64,000 bases of DNA. Source: Phototrophicaceae bacterium (GTDB taxonomy: Bacteria > Chloroflexota > Anaerolineae > Aggregatilineales > Phototrophicaceae). This document shows positions 26,774 to 34,896 of the stretch, in pieces (positions within the stretch are counted from its first letter, which is position 1; each line of letters begins with the position of its first letter). Location of the stretch: positions 4,163,848 to 4,227,847 of the forward strand of contig OZ242316.1 in assembly GCA_965207905.1 (NCBI GenBank), in the 5' to 3' direction. The notes beneath the pieces are model-generated. The model saw only the letters and a list, made by a program, of their open reading frames with translations. It was not told the DNA's origin and searched no databases. The translations under genes and the position numbers were made by a program.

Positions 26774-27931
26774 ATGCAATTTGAATTCGCCACCGCAGCC
26801 CGCATTATCTTCGGCGATGGCAGCGCCGCGCAACTGCCGCAACTGGCCCATGAGCTAGGCAGCCACGCCTTGCTCGTCACCGACAGCTTTCAGCCCGAGC
26901 CCGTGACGCAGCTGATCGACGCCCTGCGCGACTCCGAGCTGAAGCTGACTCACTTTCCTGTCAGCGGCGAGCCTGCTGTCGAGGTGATCGACGAGGCGAA
27001 AGCAATCGCCACGGAAGCAGGCTGCGACCTGGTGATCAGCATCGGCGGCGGCAGCGTCATCGACAGCGGCAAGGCGGGCGCCGCCCTCATCCCAAACGAG
27101 GGCGCGGTGCTGGACTACCTGGAAGTCATCGGCGCGGGCAAGAAGCTTTCGGCTGATCCGCTGCCCTTCATCGCCATGCCCACCACAGCCGGCGCCGGCG
27201 CCGAAGTCTCCAAAAACGCCGTGCTCGGCTCGAAAGCGCATCGCGTCAAAGTCAGCCTGCGCGACAACCGCATGTTGGCCGATATCGCCCTGGTCGATCC
27301 GCTGCTGACCCACTCCGTGCCGCCTGCCGTCACCGCCAGCACTGGCATGGACGCGCTGACGCAAGTGCTCGAACCCTTCGTCTCGCACCAGGCCACGCCG
27401 CTAACCGACGGCATGTGCAGCGAGGGTTTGCGCCGGGCGGGGCGTTCCTTGCGCAGCGTCTACCAGCAGCCGGATGATGCCGCCGCCCGCTGCGATATGG
27501 CCCTGGTCAGCTTGCTGGGCGGCTTGGCGCTGGCCAATGCCAAGCTAGGTGCGGTGCACGGTTTCGCCAGCGTTCTGGGCGGCATGTACGGCGCGCCCCA
27601 CGGCGCCATCTGCGCTGCGTTGTTGCCACCCGTGATGGCCGCCAATATCAAAGCGCTGGCTGAACGCGAAAGCGAGAATCCCGCACTAAAGCGCTACGAG
27701 TACGCCGCGCAATTTTTGCTCTTCGACCGCTCGGCGACGGCGCAGGACGCAATGGACTGGATCGGCGATACCAGCCAGCAATTCGGCATTCCCGGGCTGG
27801 GCGCCTATGGCGTGCGCGCCGAGGACTTCGACGAAATCGTCGCCAAGTCCAGCGTCTCCAGCAGCATGAAAGGCAACCCGATTGTGCTTGGCGCTGACGA
27901 GTTGACCGCGATTCTTCAGGCGGCGCTCTGA
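26774..27931 (+). CDS. Iron-containing (group III) alcohol dehydrogenase
   Basis: 385 aa with GGGSVIDSGKA and conserved His-rich C-terminal half motifs (GAVHGFASVLGGMYGAPHG). Confidence 0.85.
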   Translation: MQFEFATAARIIFGDGSAAQLPQLAHELGSHALLVTDSFQPEPVTQLIDALRDSELKLTHFPVSGEPAVEVIDEAKAIATEAGCDLVISIGGGSVIDSGKAGAALIPNEGAVLDYLEVIGAGKKLSADPLPFIAMPTTAGAGAEVSKNAVLGSKAHRVKVSLRDNRMLADIALVDPLLTHSVPPAVTASTGMDALTQVLEPFVSHQATPLTDGMCSEGLRRAGRSLRSVYQQPDDAAARCDMALVSLLGGLALANAKLGAVHGFASVLGGMYGAPHGAICAALLPPVMAANIKALAERESENPALKRYEYAAQFLLFDRSATAQDAMDWIGDTSQQFGIPGLGAYGVRAEDFDEIVAKSSVSSSMKGNPIVLGADELTAILQAAL

Positions 27932-27948
27932 GCATAGGAGGGCAGGGC

Positions 27949-28935
27949 ATGATCAGCAGAGGGCGCTCCCGCCGGACGACCATCATCACCGTCTACGTTA
28001 TGGTGGTCGTCCTGCTCTTTCTCGGGCGGCAGTTGGCGGCGCCGATGGTCTCACCCGTCCGCGAAACGGTCAATGACGCGCTGATCTTCATCTCGGACAC
28101 CGACTCGATCGACGCCGGGCGCGACTCTAATTCGGTTTACCGCATCGGGCTGGACGGGCGCGGATTGAAACGCATCGCCGGCTCCATATCGCATGGCGAG
28201 GGCTACCTGCGCACAACAGACATCGATTGTCACCCGGCGTCGCAGCAGCTGGTTATCGCCAGCCATCGGCGCGATCTAAACGGCTTCCACCACGCCCTGC
28301 TCGATGGCTCCGGGCTGCATCTGGACAAGCCGGCTACCGGAGACATGCTGTCTGCTACGCGGCAAATCGCCATAGCACCGGACGGCAGGGGCATCGTCGT
28401 CTCGCGCCAATTCGAAGACTTTGAAGAACCGCGCTTCGGCCTGGTCGCCGGCGATCTGATTAACCGCGATTTCGACATTGTCAAAGCGCCAACCTTGGAT
28501 CAGTCGTATATCTCGCCGAGCTTTTCACCCTCTGGGCGCCTGCTCGCCTACATCGTCAAGCGCTATGATGCTGCTGCCAGCTGGACCTCCCGGCTGGTCA
28601 TCGCCGTTCCCGCCGGGCGTACGGAGTGGGTCATCGCCGAGACGCGCCTGCAGATAAGCGATATAGACTGGTCGCCGACGGGCGAGTGGCTGGCGCTGGT
28701 GGCGGATGGGCAAATCTACCGCATTCACGGCACAGGCGGAGAGTTCACGCGGCTGACCGACCACCTCGGCGGCGCGACCTCGCCGCGCTGGTCGCCGGAT
28801 GGCGGGCGGATCAGCTACGTGACGGCTTCGACCTTCCCCGGCGTTCAGCAGATCATGATCATGAATGCCGATGGCTCGGGCAAGCGCCAAGTGACCACAA
28901 TCCGCGGCGATGTGACGAATGGCTGCTGGGTGTGA
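27949..28935 (+). CDS. TolB-like PD40/WD40 beta-propeller repeat protein, membrane-anchored or secreted
   Basis: 328 aa. An N-terminal hydrophobic segment is followed by PD40-type repeats (SPSFSPSGRLLAYIV, DWSPTGEWLALV, SPRWSPDGGRISYV). It ends ...IRGDVTNGCWV. Confidence 0.75.
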   Translation: MISRGRSRRTTIITVYVMVVVLLFLGRQLAAPMVSPVRETVNDALIFISDTDSIDAGRDSNSVYRIGLDGRGLKRIAGSISHGEGYLRTTDIDCHPASQQLVIASHRRDLNGFHHALLDGSGLHLDKPATGDMLSATRQIAIAPDGRGIVVSRQFEDFEEPRFGLVAGDLINRDFDIVKAPTLDQSYISPSFSPSGRLLAYIVKRYDAAASWTSRLVIAVPAGRTEWVIAETRLQISDIDWSPTGEWLALVADGQIYRIHGTGGEFTRLTDHLGGATSPRWSPDGGRISYVTASTFPGVQQIMIMNADGSGKRQVTTIRGDVTNGCWV

Positions 28936-28936
28936 G
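28900..28936. repeat. 37-bp direct repeat DR1 (the 3-prime end of the PD40 gene)
   Basis: atccgcggcgatgtgacgaatggctgctgggtgtgag matches 30061-30097 at 34 of 37 positions. Confidence 0.9.
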
Positions 28937-28964
28937 ATTGTCGAGTCCCTTGCTTGGGCCCGCC

Positions 28965-29369
28965 TTATTCGACTTCCCAATCTTCGACGTTCAAGCCGGG
29001 AATCCGCTCAAACTCGCTGATGTTATGTGTAACTACGATTAATCCCCTGGCGCGAGCAATGGCGGCTATCAGCATGTCGTGTTTGCCAATAGGAGAGCCG
29101 CGCTTTTCCAGAAAAGCGCGAATGCCGCCATACTCTTCCGCGGCGTCGTCATCAAAGGGTATACTTTCGAATTGCCGCAGAAAGTCGTCTTGTTTGGCGC
29201 GCGAACGTTCCGGCGTCTGACTCTTGCTGGAACCATAATACATTTCGCCCTTCGTAATCGCGCTTATGACGATGTCTGAAGAGGACTTGCTGTTAACTTG
29301 ATCGCGAACGCGGGGTGCTCTGCCATTGATATAATTTATGCAAGCATTGGTATCAAGCAAGTATTTCAT
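28965..29369 (-). CDS. vapC: PIN-domain toxin VapC
   Basis: 134 aa with MKYLLDTNACINYI...ISAITKGEMYYG...HDMLIAAIARARGLIVVTHNISEF, which includes the PIN acidic residues. Confidence 0.9.
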   Translation of the reverse strand: MKYLLDTNACINYINGRAPRVRDQVNSKSSSDIVISAITKGEMYYGSSKSQTPERSRAKQDDFLRQFESIPFDDDAAEEYGGIRAFLEKRGSPIGKHDMLIAAIARARGLIVVTHNISEFERIPGLNVEDWEVE

Positions 29370-30043
29370 TCACGCCGATCTTCATTCTCTACATATTCCG
29401 GCGGATGCCATTCAATCGGGTCGTCAGCCAGGCTGCCATAAGTCCGCTCGACGAAATCCGCCCAAGACATCTCGTGATCGTCTGTCGCGCCTTCCCGTCC
29501 CGCAGCGGGAATTGCTTCATGGTCGGTGGCTTCGATCGCCCTCAGCGTTGCCGCGAACGCGGGATTCTGCGTATCCGTAAAGCGTTCAAGGCAAGCGTCG
29601 TCCCGAAATAGCGCCCCGTCGGGCAGGATGGCGCCTGCGAAATCAGCATCGACAACGTCTGCGTCAGCCAGCCGCGCTCCCAACAAGTTTGCCCGATGCA
29701 GATTCACATGAGTCAGATTCGCTCCCTCCAGGCAGGCAAAACGCAAGTCCGCCATACCCAAGTTTGCTCGGCGCAGGTCTGCGCTATTGAGACTTGCGCC
29801 ATACAGGCGCGCTTGCCTCAAATTTGCGCCTTGCAGGTCACTTTCGCGGAGATTTGCGCCATCAAGAACAGCTCCGGCCAAATTCGCCCGGCGCAGGCTG
29901 GCGCCCGCCAAGTTCGCGTCCCGCAAATCGGCGACCGGTGCATCCTCGTGGCGGTCACCAACCGCAATGGTCTGTTGCTGCGTGTTTATCACAATCAGTC
30001 TGCTCAGCGAATCTAGGCCATGTCGTTGAACTGAGTGTATCAC
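29366..30043 (-). CDS. Pentapeptide-repeat protein in the antitoxin position of the VapC module
   Basis: 225 aa with a GTG start. About 20 consecutive A(D/N)LxG-type pentapeptides are present (ANLAGASLRRANLAGAVLDGANLRESDLQGANLRQARLYGASL...). The C-terminal tail is MSWADFVERTYGSLADDPIEWHPPEYVENEDRRE. There is a 4-nt ATGA overlap with vapC. Confidence 0.75.
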   Translation of the reverse strand: MIHSVQRHGLDSLSRLIVINTQQQTIAVGDRHEDAPVADLRDANLAGASLRRANLAGAVLDGANLRESDLQGANLRQARLYGASLNSADLRRANLGMADLRFACLEGANLTHVNLHRANLLGARLADADVVDADFAGAILPDGALFRDDACLERFTDTQNPAFAATLRAIEATDHEAIPAAGREGATDDHEMSWADFVERTYGSLADDPIEWHPPEYVENEDRRE

Positions 30044-30060
30044 AGGTGGATTACGATTTC

Positions 30061-30097
30061 ATCCGCGGCGCAGTGACGAATGGCTGTTGGGTGTGAG
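30061..30097. repeat. 37-bp direct repeat DR2 (orphan copy of the PD40 gene 3-prime end)
   Basis: atccgcggcgcagtgacgaatggctgttgggtgtgag encodes IRGAVTNGCWV-stop, with no gene body in front of it. Confidence 0.9.
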
Positions 30098-30101
30098 TCG
30101 C

Positions 30102-31286
30102 CTAGCGCGTGGAGCGGCTCAGCTTGCGCGGCGCGAACAGGCCCCAGATGAGGACCGTGCCAGTCGCCAGTAGGGCGCTGAGCAAGAGCAGCGTTGAGGC
30201 ATAACCCAGCGCGGCTATCGCCAGGCCGCCCAGCACCGGGCCGGCCACCTTGCCGAAATTCTGCAGCATGCCGATCAAACCCATGCCCGCGCCCAGGTGC
30301 TCGGCGCTGATGCGATTCGACACCAGCGCTTTCGCCGCCGGGAAGATCAGCGCTTGAGCCAGGCCCATCAGCGCCGCCGGCAGCAGGAAGAGCGCTCCCT
30401 GATCCAGTAGGCGAACCAGGGGCAGCGATAGCGCCAGAATCAGCATGCCCAGGCTGATGCTCGACAGGTAGCCCCAGCGATCGCCCAGCCGGCCGCAAAA
30501 GGGCTTGCAGAGCACGTGCACGGCTTCGTTCAAGCTGAAGAAGAGGCCGATCAGCGCCACGCTGACGCCCGCCTCCAGCGCGAAGATGGGCAGGAAGGCT
30601 TTGAGCGTGTAGAGCGCGATAAAGGTGACGGCTTCCAAAGCGCCGGTCAGCCAGACGGCTGAGGTCCGCCCGCCATCGCGGATCGCGCTGATGATATGCT
30701 GCCAAACGGGCATGCGCTTGCGTTTTGTAACCGCTCGCGGTTCGGGCAAGCTCAATACCGGCAGGAATACGCCGCAGCTGATGACGCCGATGATGGTGAA
30801 GACCGTCGCTGGGTCAAAGGAGAGCAGCAGCCAGCCGGCCAGCAGAGGGCCAAATACATAGCCGCCGCTGCGCGCCATCTCGAACCAGCCGATGTCTTCG
30901 GCTACACTTTCGCCTTTGGCCAGCTCGGCGATAAAAGCCAGCGTCACCGGGCCGTAAATCGCTGTCGCCAAGCCGTGTGCCAGCCGGATGACGAGCAGCT
31001 GTTCCGGCGTCTGGATGAAGCGGTACAAGAAGGGCATGAAGGCGAAAAAGCAGGCGCCAATCAGCAGCCAGACGCGCCGCCCCCAGCGGTCGGACAAAAT
31101 GCCGAAGAGTGGCTTGAGGAAGAGCCCGGTAACGGTCGATACGGTGACGATCAAGCCCAGGAATGCGCCCGATGCCCCCAAAGCCGCGGCGAAAATGGGC
31201 AGCAGCGGCGTCTTGCCCATCTGATAGGCGGAGCGCGCGATGAAGTCCGCCAGCATGAGATTGAGGAAGGGTCTAGAGCGTTTCAT
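30102..31286 (-). CDS. MFS transporter
   Basis: 394 aa with about 12 TM segments and the loop motif GILSDRWGRR between TM2 and TM3. Confidence 0.85.
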   Translation of the reverse strand: MKRSRPFLNLMLADFIARSAYQMGKTPLLPIFAAALGASGAFLGLIVTVSTVTGLFLKPLFGILSDRWGRRVWLLIGACFFAFMPFLYRFIQTPEQLLVIRLAHGLATAIYGPVTLAFIAELAKGESVAEDIGWFEMARSGGYVFGPLLAGWLLLSFDPATVFTIIGVISCGVFLPVLSLPEPRAVTKRKRMPVWQHIISAIRDGGRTSAVWLTGALEAVTFIALYTLKAFLPIFALEAGVSVALIGLFFSLNEAVHVLCKPFCGRLGDRWGYLSSISLGMLILALSLPLVRLLDQGALFLLPAALMGLAQALIFPAAKALVSNRISAEHLGAGMGLIGMLQNFGKVAGPVLGGLAIAALGYASTLLLLSALLATGTVLIWGLFAPRKLSRSTR

Positions 31287-31304
31287 CGGGGTTGGCTGAC
31301 AAAT

Positions 31305-34300
31305 CTATTCCACCTTCAGCGCGACCACCCCGAAGCCGGCGTTGCTCAGCATGGTGTTGAACTCCGCCAGATTGCCATCGACGATGTCGCTGAACTTGTC
31401 GGCCACGCCGTCAATATCAGACGCGATTTCGGCCAAAGCCTCGTGTTCGTAGTCGGTCGGCTTGTAATCGCCCAGATTGACGTTGAAGCTCAAATTGCTG
31501 AGCTGAGCCGCCAGCCGGTCGCCGTGATTCATGGCATCGGGCCAGCCGGCGCGCGTTTCCGGGATCATCAGCTCTTTCTCGACTTCCAGCACCTGTTCTT
31601 CCAGCGCCTTAGCCCCGTCGATGATGCCGGCCGCCGATTCCAGTCCGGCCAGCCGTTCGCGCCAGCCTTTGAGCTGCGCCCGCACATCGCGCATCTGGTT
31701 GACAACCTTGTGCGTCGAAGAGACCTTGTCGCGGATGCTCAGCAGCAAGTCGAATTGCGCCTGTAAATCGGCTTGGCTGGCTGCGACGCCGGCTTCCTTA
31801 ACGATCTCCAGCGGTTGGCTGAGTTCTTCCTCGCCAACGGTCAGCGTGACGCGGTAGCTGCCCGGCACGGCATGCGGCCCCTTGATGAAGCCCTGCTGAT
31901 TGTCGTCGTGCGGCGCGACCTTGTGCGCGTCCGGGTATCGCATGTCCCAGACAAAGCGATTCCAGCCGGCGTTTGACGGGATGCGCAGCTCTTTGGGCGA
32001 GTCGTCCGTGCGCGTCCCCGCAGCCTTCTCTTCCTCATCGGCGTGCAGGCTCTTGAAAGTCTTGACCTCATTGCCGTCGGCGTCTTCAATGCGCAGCGTG
32101 ATGGTCGACTCCGGCGCTTCGAACAGATTGTAAGTGATGACCGCGCCTTTGGGTGGGTTCGTGCCGCTGTCGAGGTAGGTGTGCTTGACGCCGTGCTCGG
32201 GCGTCTCCTCCTTGACGTAAGCGGCCACCATGCCCAGCGTGCTCATATACTGTTTGCCGTCACCGCTGTCGAAGAGGCCTTCGAAGACCTTGGGCAAATG
32301 CCGTTCCACCGCGCCCGGCTTGAGCAGGTGGGCCGCTGTACCTACCCCATCCCCCGGCCCCTTCCCCGAATCATCAGGGAAGGGGAGCGTCGCGTCGCTC
32401 GAATCTGCCGCATCCATGCTGCTACCTTCCCCCCGTTGATACGGGGGGACCGAGGGGGGTAGACCCGCAACCTGGTGAAGCGCGCCGACGTCATCAAGCA
32501 CCCAGAATGAGCGCCCGTGCGTGGCCACGACCAGGTCCGCGCCCTTGAGCTTGAGATCGTAGATCGGCGATACGGGCAAGTTCAGCTGGAAGCGCTGCCA
32601 GTTGGCGCCGGCGTCGAAGGAGACGTACAAGCCGAACTCGGTACCCAAATAGAGCAGCCCCTCGCGCTTCGGATCCTCGCGCACGACGCGGCAGAAATGA
32701 TCTTCGGCGATGCCGGCGATGATGGCTGTCCAGCTGGCGCCGTAATCAGTCGTCTTGTAGGCGTAGGGCGCGTAGTCGTCGTTCTTGTAGCGCGTGGCCG
32801 TGACGTAGGCGGTCGCCGGGTCATGCGGCGAGGGCTCGATCATCGTGAACATGACCCCCACCCCAAACCCCTCCCCCATAAAGAGGGAGGGGCTTTTTGC
32901 TCCCCTTCCCTCCCCTGTGGGGGAAGGGGCCGGGGGATGGGGGGTAATATCGCTCCAGTTTTCGCCGCCGTCGCGCGTGATATGCAGCAAGCCGTCATCG
33001 GAGCCGGCCCAGATCACGCCCGGCTCATGCGGCGACTCGGCCAGCGTGTAAACCGTAGCGTAATGCTCGGCACCGACCGCATCGCGATTGATCGGCCCGC
33101 CCGACGGCTTCAGGGTCTCGGGATCGGCATTGGTCAAATCGGGGCTGATCTCCTGCCAGCTCTGCCCCTCGTCAGTCGTCTTGAGTATCTGACTGCCGCC
33201 GATGTAAATCGTGTCGGAGTCATGCGGCGAGAAGACGATGGGGTAGGTCCAGGCGAAGCGGTATTTGTCGGCCTGCGCGCCCAAGCCGGTCGAGCTGCGC
33301 GGCCAGGTGGCGATGAGGCGAATCTGCTGCGTGCGATGGTCGTAGCGCTGCAAGCTGTTGCCGCCGCCCGGCGAGCTGCCGATGGCGCCGACATATACGA
33401 TATCCGGATCATCCGGATCCACGGCGATATAGCCGCTTTCGCCCGAGCCGATGATGTCGCAGTCCTCCCAGGTGATCGAGGAGTAGCGGCTGCGGCTGGG
33501 CACGCGCAAGCTGGAGTTGTCCTGCTGCGTGCCATAGACGTAGTAGGGTTCGCGGCTGTCGAAATCGAGATGATAAATTTGCGCCGTCGGCTGATTGTAA
33601 ATGCTCGACCAGGACAGCCCGCCATTCAACGAGACGCAGGCGCCGCCGTCGTTGCCGTGCACCATGATCTGGTTGTTGCTCGGATGAATCCACACATCGT
33701 GGTCATCGCCGTGCGGCGTGGTGATTTCGGTGAAATTATGCCCGCCATCGGTCGATTTCCAGAAGTTGAGATTGTTGATGTAAACCGTGTTGGGGTCGAC
33801 CGGGTCGGCGGTCAGGTGCATATAATACCAGGCGCGCGAGATGAAGCGGTTGTCTTTGCTGCCGACCACCCAGGTCTCGCCGTAATCATCGCTGCGATAG
33901 ATGCCGCCATCGGGCTGATTCTCAATGATGGCCCAGACGCGCCCGGGCTGCGCGGGAGAGGCGGCCAAGCCGATCTTGCCCAGCAAACCCTTCGGCAAGC
34001 CTACCCCCCTCGTTCCCCCCGACGAGTCAGGCGGATGATTTGACAGCTCCTTGACGCCTGTCAGGCATTGCCAGGTGTCGCCGCCGTCCATGCTGCGCCA
34101 GATGCCGCTGTCCTCGCCGCCGGAGCTAATCTGCCAGAAATTGCGATAAGCCTGCCAAAATGAGGCGTAGATAATACGCGGATTGTTCTTGTCGATAGTC
34201 AGGTCAATGGCGCCGGCTTGGTCGCTGACATGCAGCACATTCTCCCAGGTCTCGCCGCCATCTTTCGAGCGATAAACGCCGCGCTCGGGGTTGGGCCCGA

Positions 34301-34727
34301 AGGCGTGCCCGAAGACCGCCGCATACACCAAATCGGCATTCTGCGGATGGGTACGGATCTTGGCGATCTGGCGCGTTTCTTTCATGCCCAGGTGCTTCCA
34401 ACTGCGCCCGGCATCGGTCGATTTGTAGATGCCGTCGCCGATGGAGACATCAATGCGAATTGTCGTCTCGCCCGTGCCGGCGTAGATGACGTTGGGGTCG
34501 GCCGGCGCCACTTCCAGCGCGCCCACTGACGAAGCCGTGAAGTAGCCGTCGCTGATGTTCTCCCAATATTGGCCGGCGTCAGTCGTCTTCCAGACGCCGC
34601 CACAGACGCCGCCGAAGTAGAAGGTGTTCGCGTCGCGCGGGTCGCCGGCGACAGCGACAACGCGCCCGCCGCGGAAGGGCCCGATGCAGCGGAATTCCGC
34701 CAGCCCGGCGAATTTGGAGTCGGTCAT
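31305..34727 (-). CDS. Large BNR/Asp-box (VPS10/sortilin-like) beta-propeller repeat protein
   Basis: 1140 aa with many S/TxDxGxTW Asp-boxes (TTDAGQYW, STDAGRSW, SKDGGETW, SMDGGDTW, SDDYGETW, STDGGHNF, TTDEGQSW, TRDGGENW, TTDYGASW). It carries three extra G/P-rich segments that coincide with palindromic DNA elements. Confidence 0.85.
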   Translation of the reverse strand: MTDSKFAGLAEFRCIGPFRGGRVVAVAGDPRDANTFYFGGVCGGVWKTTDAGQYWENISDGYFTASSVGALEVAPADPNVIYAGTGETTIRIDVSIGDGIYKSTDAGRSWKHLGMKETRQIAKIRTHPQNADLVYAAVFGHAFGPNPERGVYRSKDGGETWENVLHVSDQAGAIDLTIDKNNPRIIYASFWQAYRNFWQISSGGEDSGIWRSMDGGDTWQCLTGVKELSNHPPDSSGGTRGVGLPKGLLGKIGLAASPAQPGRVWAIIENQPDGGIYRSDDYGETWVVGSKDNRFISRAWYYMHLTADPVDPNTVYINNLNFWKSTDGGHNFTEITTPHGDDHDVWIHPSNNQIMVHGNDGGACVSLNGGLSWSSIYNQPTAQIYHLDFDSREPYYVYGTQQDNSSLRVPSRSRYSSITWEDCDIIGSGESGYIAVDPDDPDIVYVGAIGSSPGGGNSLQRYDHRTQQIRLIATWPRSSTGLGAQADKYRFAWTYPIVFSPHDSDTIYIGGSQILKTTDEGQSWQEISPDLTNADPETLKPSGGPINRDAVGAEHYATVYTLAESPHEPGVIWAGSDDGLLHITRDGGENWSDITPHPPAPSPTGEGRGAKSPSLFMGEGFGVGVMFTMIEPSPHDPATAYVTATRYKNDDYAPYAYKTTDYGASWTAIIAGIAEDHFCRVVREDPKREGLLYLGTEFGLYVSFDAGANWQRFQLNLPVSPIYDLKLKGADLVVATHGRSFWVLDDVGALHQVAGLPPSVPPYQRGEGSSMDAADSSDATLPFPDDSGKGPGDGVGTAAHLLKPGAVERHLPKVFEGLFDSGDGKQYMSTLGMVAAYVKEETPEHGVKHTYLDSGTNPPKGAVITYNLFEAPESTITLRIEDADGNEVKTFKSLHADEEEKAAGTRTDDSPKELRIPSNAGWNRFVWDMRYPDAHKVAPHDDNQQGFIKGPHAVPGSYRVTLTVGEEELSQPLEIVKEAGVAASQADLQAQFDLLLSIRDKVSSTHKVVNQMRDVRAQLKGWRERLAGLESAAGIIDGAKALEEQVLEVEKELMIPETRAGWPDAMNHGDRLAAQLSNLSFNVNLGDYKPTDYEHEALAEIASDIDGVADKFSDIVDGNLAEFNTMLSNAGFGVVALKVE
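32342..32462. repeat. G/C-rich nested-palindrome element inserted in frame in the BNR gene (copy 1)
   Basis: The stem pairs are 32358-32366/32377-32385 (ccccttccc/gggaagggg), 32429-32435/32442-32448 (ccccccg/cgggggg) and an outer pair ctacccc/ggggtag (32342-32348/32456-32462). The element encodes ...LPPSVPPYQRGEGSSMDAADSSDATLPFPDDSGKGPGDGVG... Confidence 0.75.
32855..32944. repeat. G/C-rich palindromic element inserted in frame in the BNR gene (copy 2)
   Basis: The stem pairs are 32868-32875/32885-32892 (cccctccc/gggagggg) and 32902-32910/32921-32929 (ccccttccc/gggaagggg). The element encodes HPPAPSPTGEGRGAKSPSLFMGEGFGVGV. Confidence 0.75.
34000..34034. repeat. Short G/C-rich element in frame in the BNR gene (copy 3, smaller)
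   Basis: cctacccccctcgttccccccgacgag contains the ctcgt/acgag stem (34009-34013/34022-34026). It encodes the extra segment HPPDSSGGTRGVG just before the conserved LPKGLLGKIG. Confidence 0.5.
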
Positions 34728-34782
34728 GGTGTGGTCCTTTGGTCGGTTAAGAGTGGCGAGTATTGTAGCGCGGGGGATGCGA

Positions 34783-34857
34783 TTTCACCACAGAGGGCGG
34801 AGGTCACGGAGGTTTTTTCACCACAAAGGGCACAAAGACACGAAGGTCACAAAGGGG
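34783..34857. repeat. CACAGAG-family repeat cluster, left-end orientation
   Basis: tttcaccacagagggcggaggtcacggagg is followed by ttttttcaccacaaagggcacaaagacacgaaggtcacaaag. 34813-34829 is an inverted repeat of 36623-36639 (16/17). Confidence 0.85.
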
Positions 34858-34896
34858 GTCGGCGGGGGGAACGATGCAGAAATCGACTAACCTTTT

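Noticed and set aside
29794-30096. 100-aa plus-strand ORF ending in ...IRGAVTNGCWV
   Set aside because: Only the last 11 codons resemble the PD40 protein. The rest is the antisense of the pentapeptide-repeat gene. I interpret it as an orphan duplicated gene end (DR2), not a gene.
30696-34043. Plus-strand ORFs 30696-31766 (356 aa) and 32517-34043 (508 aa)
   Set aside because: They are antisense to the MFS transporter and BNR genes and have a low-complexity R/G/A-rich composition.
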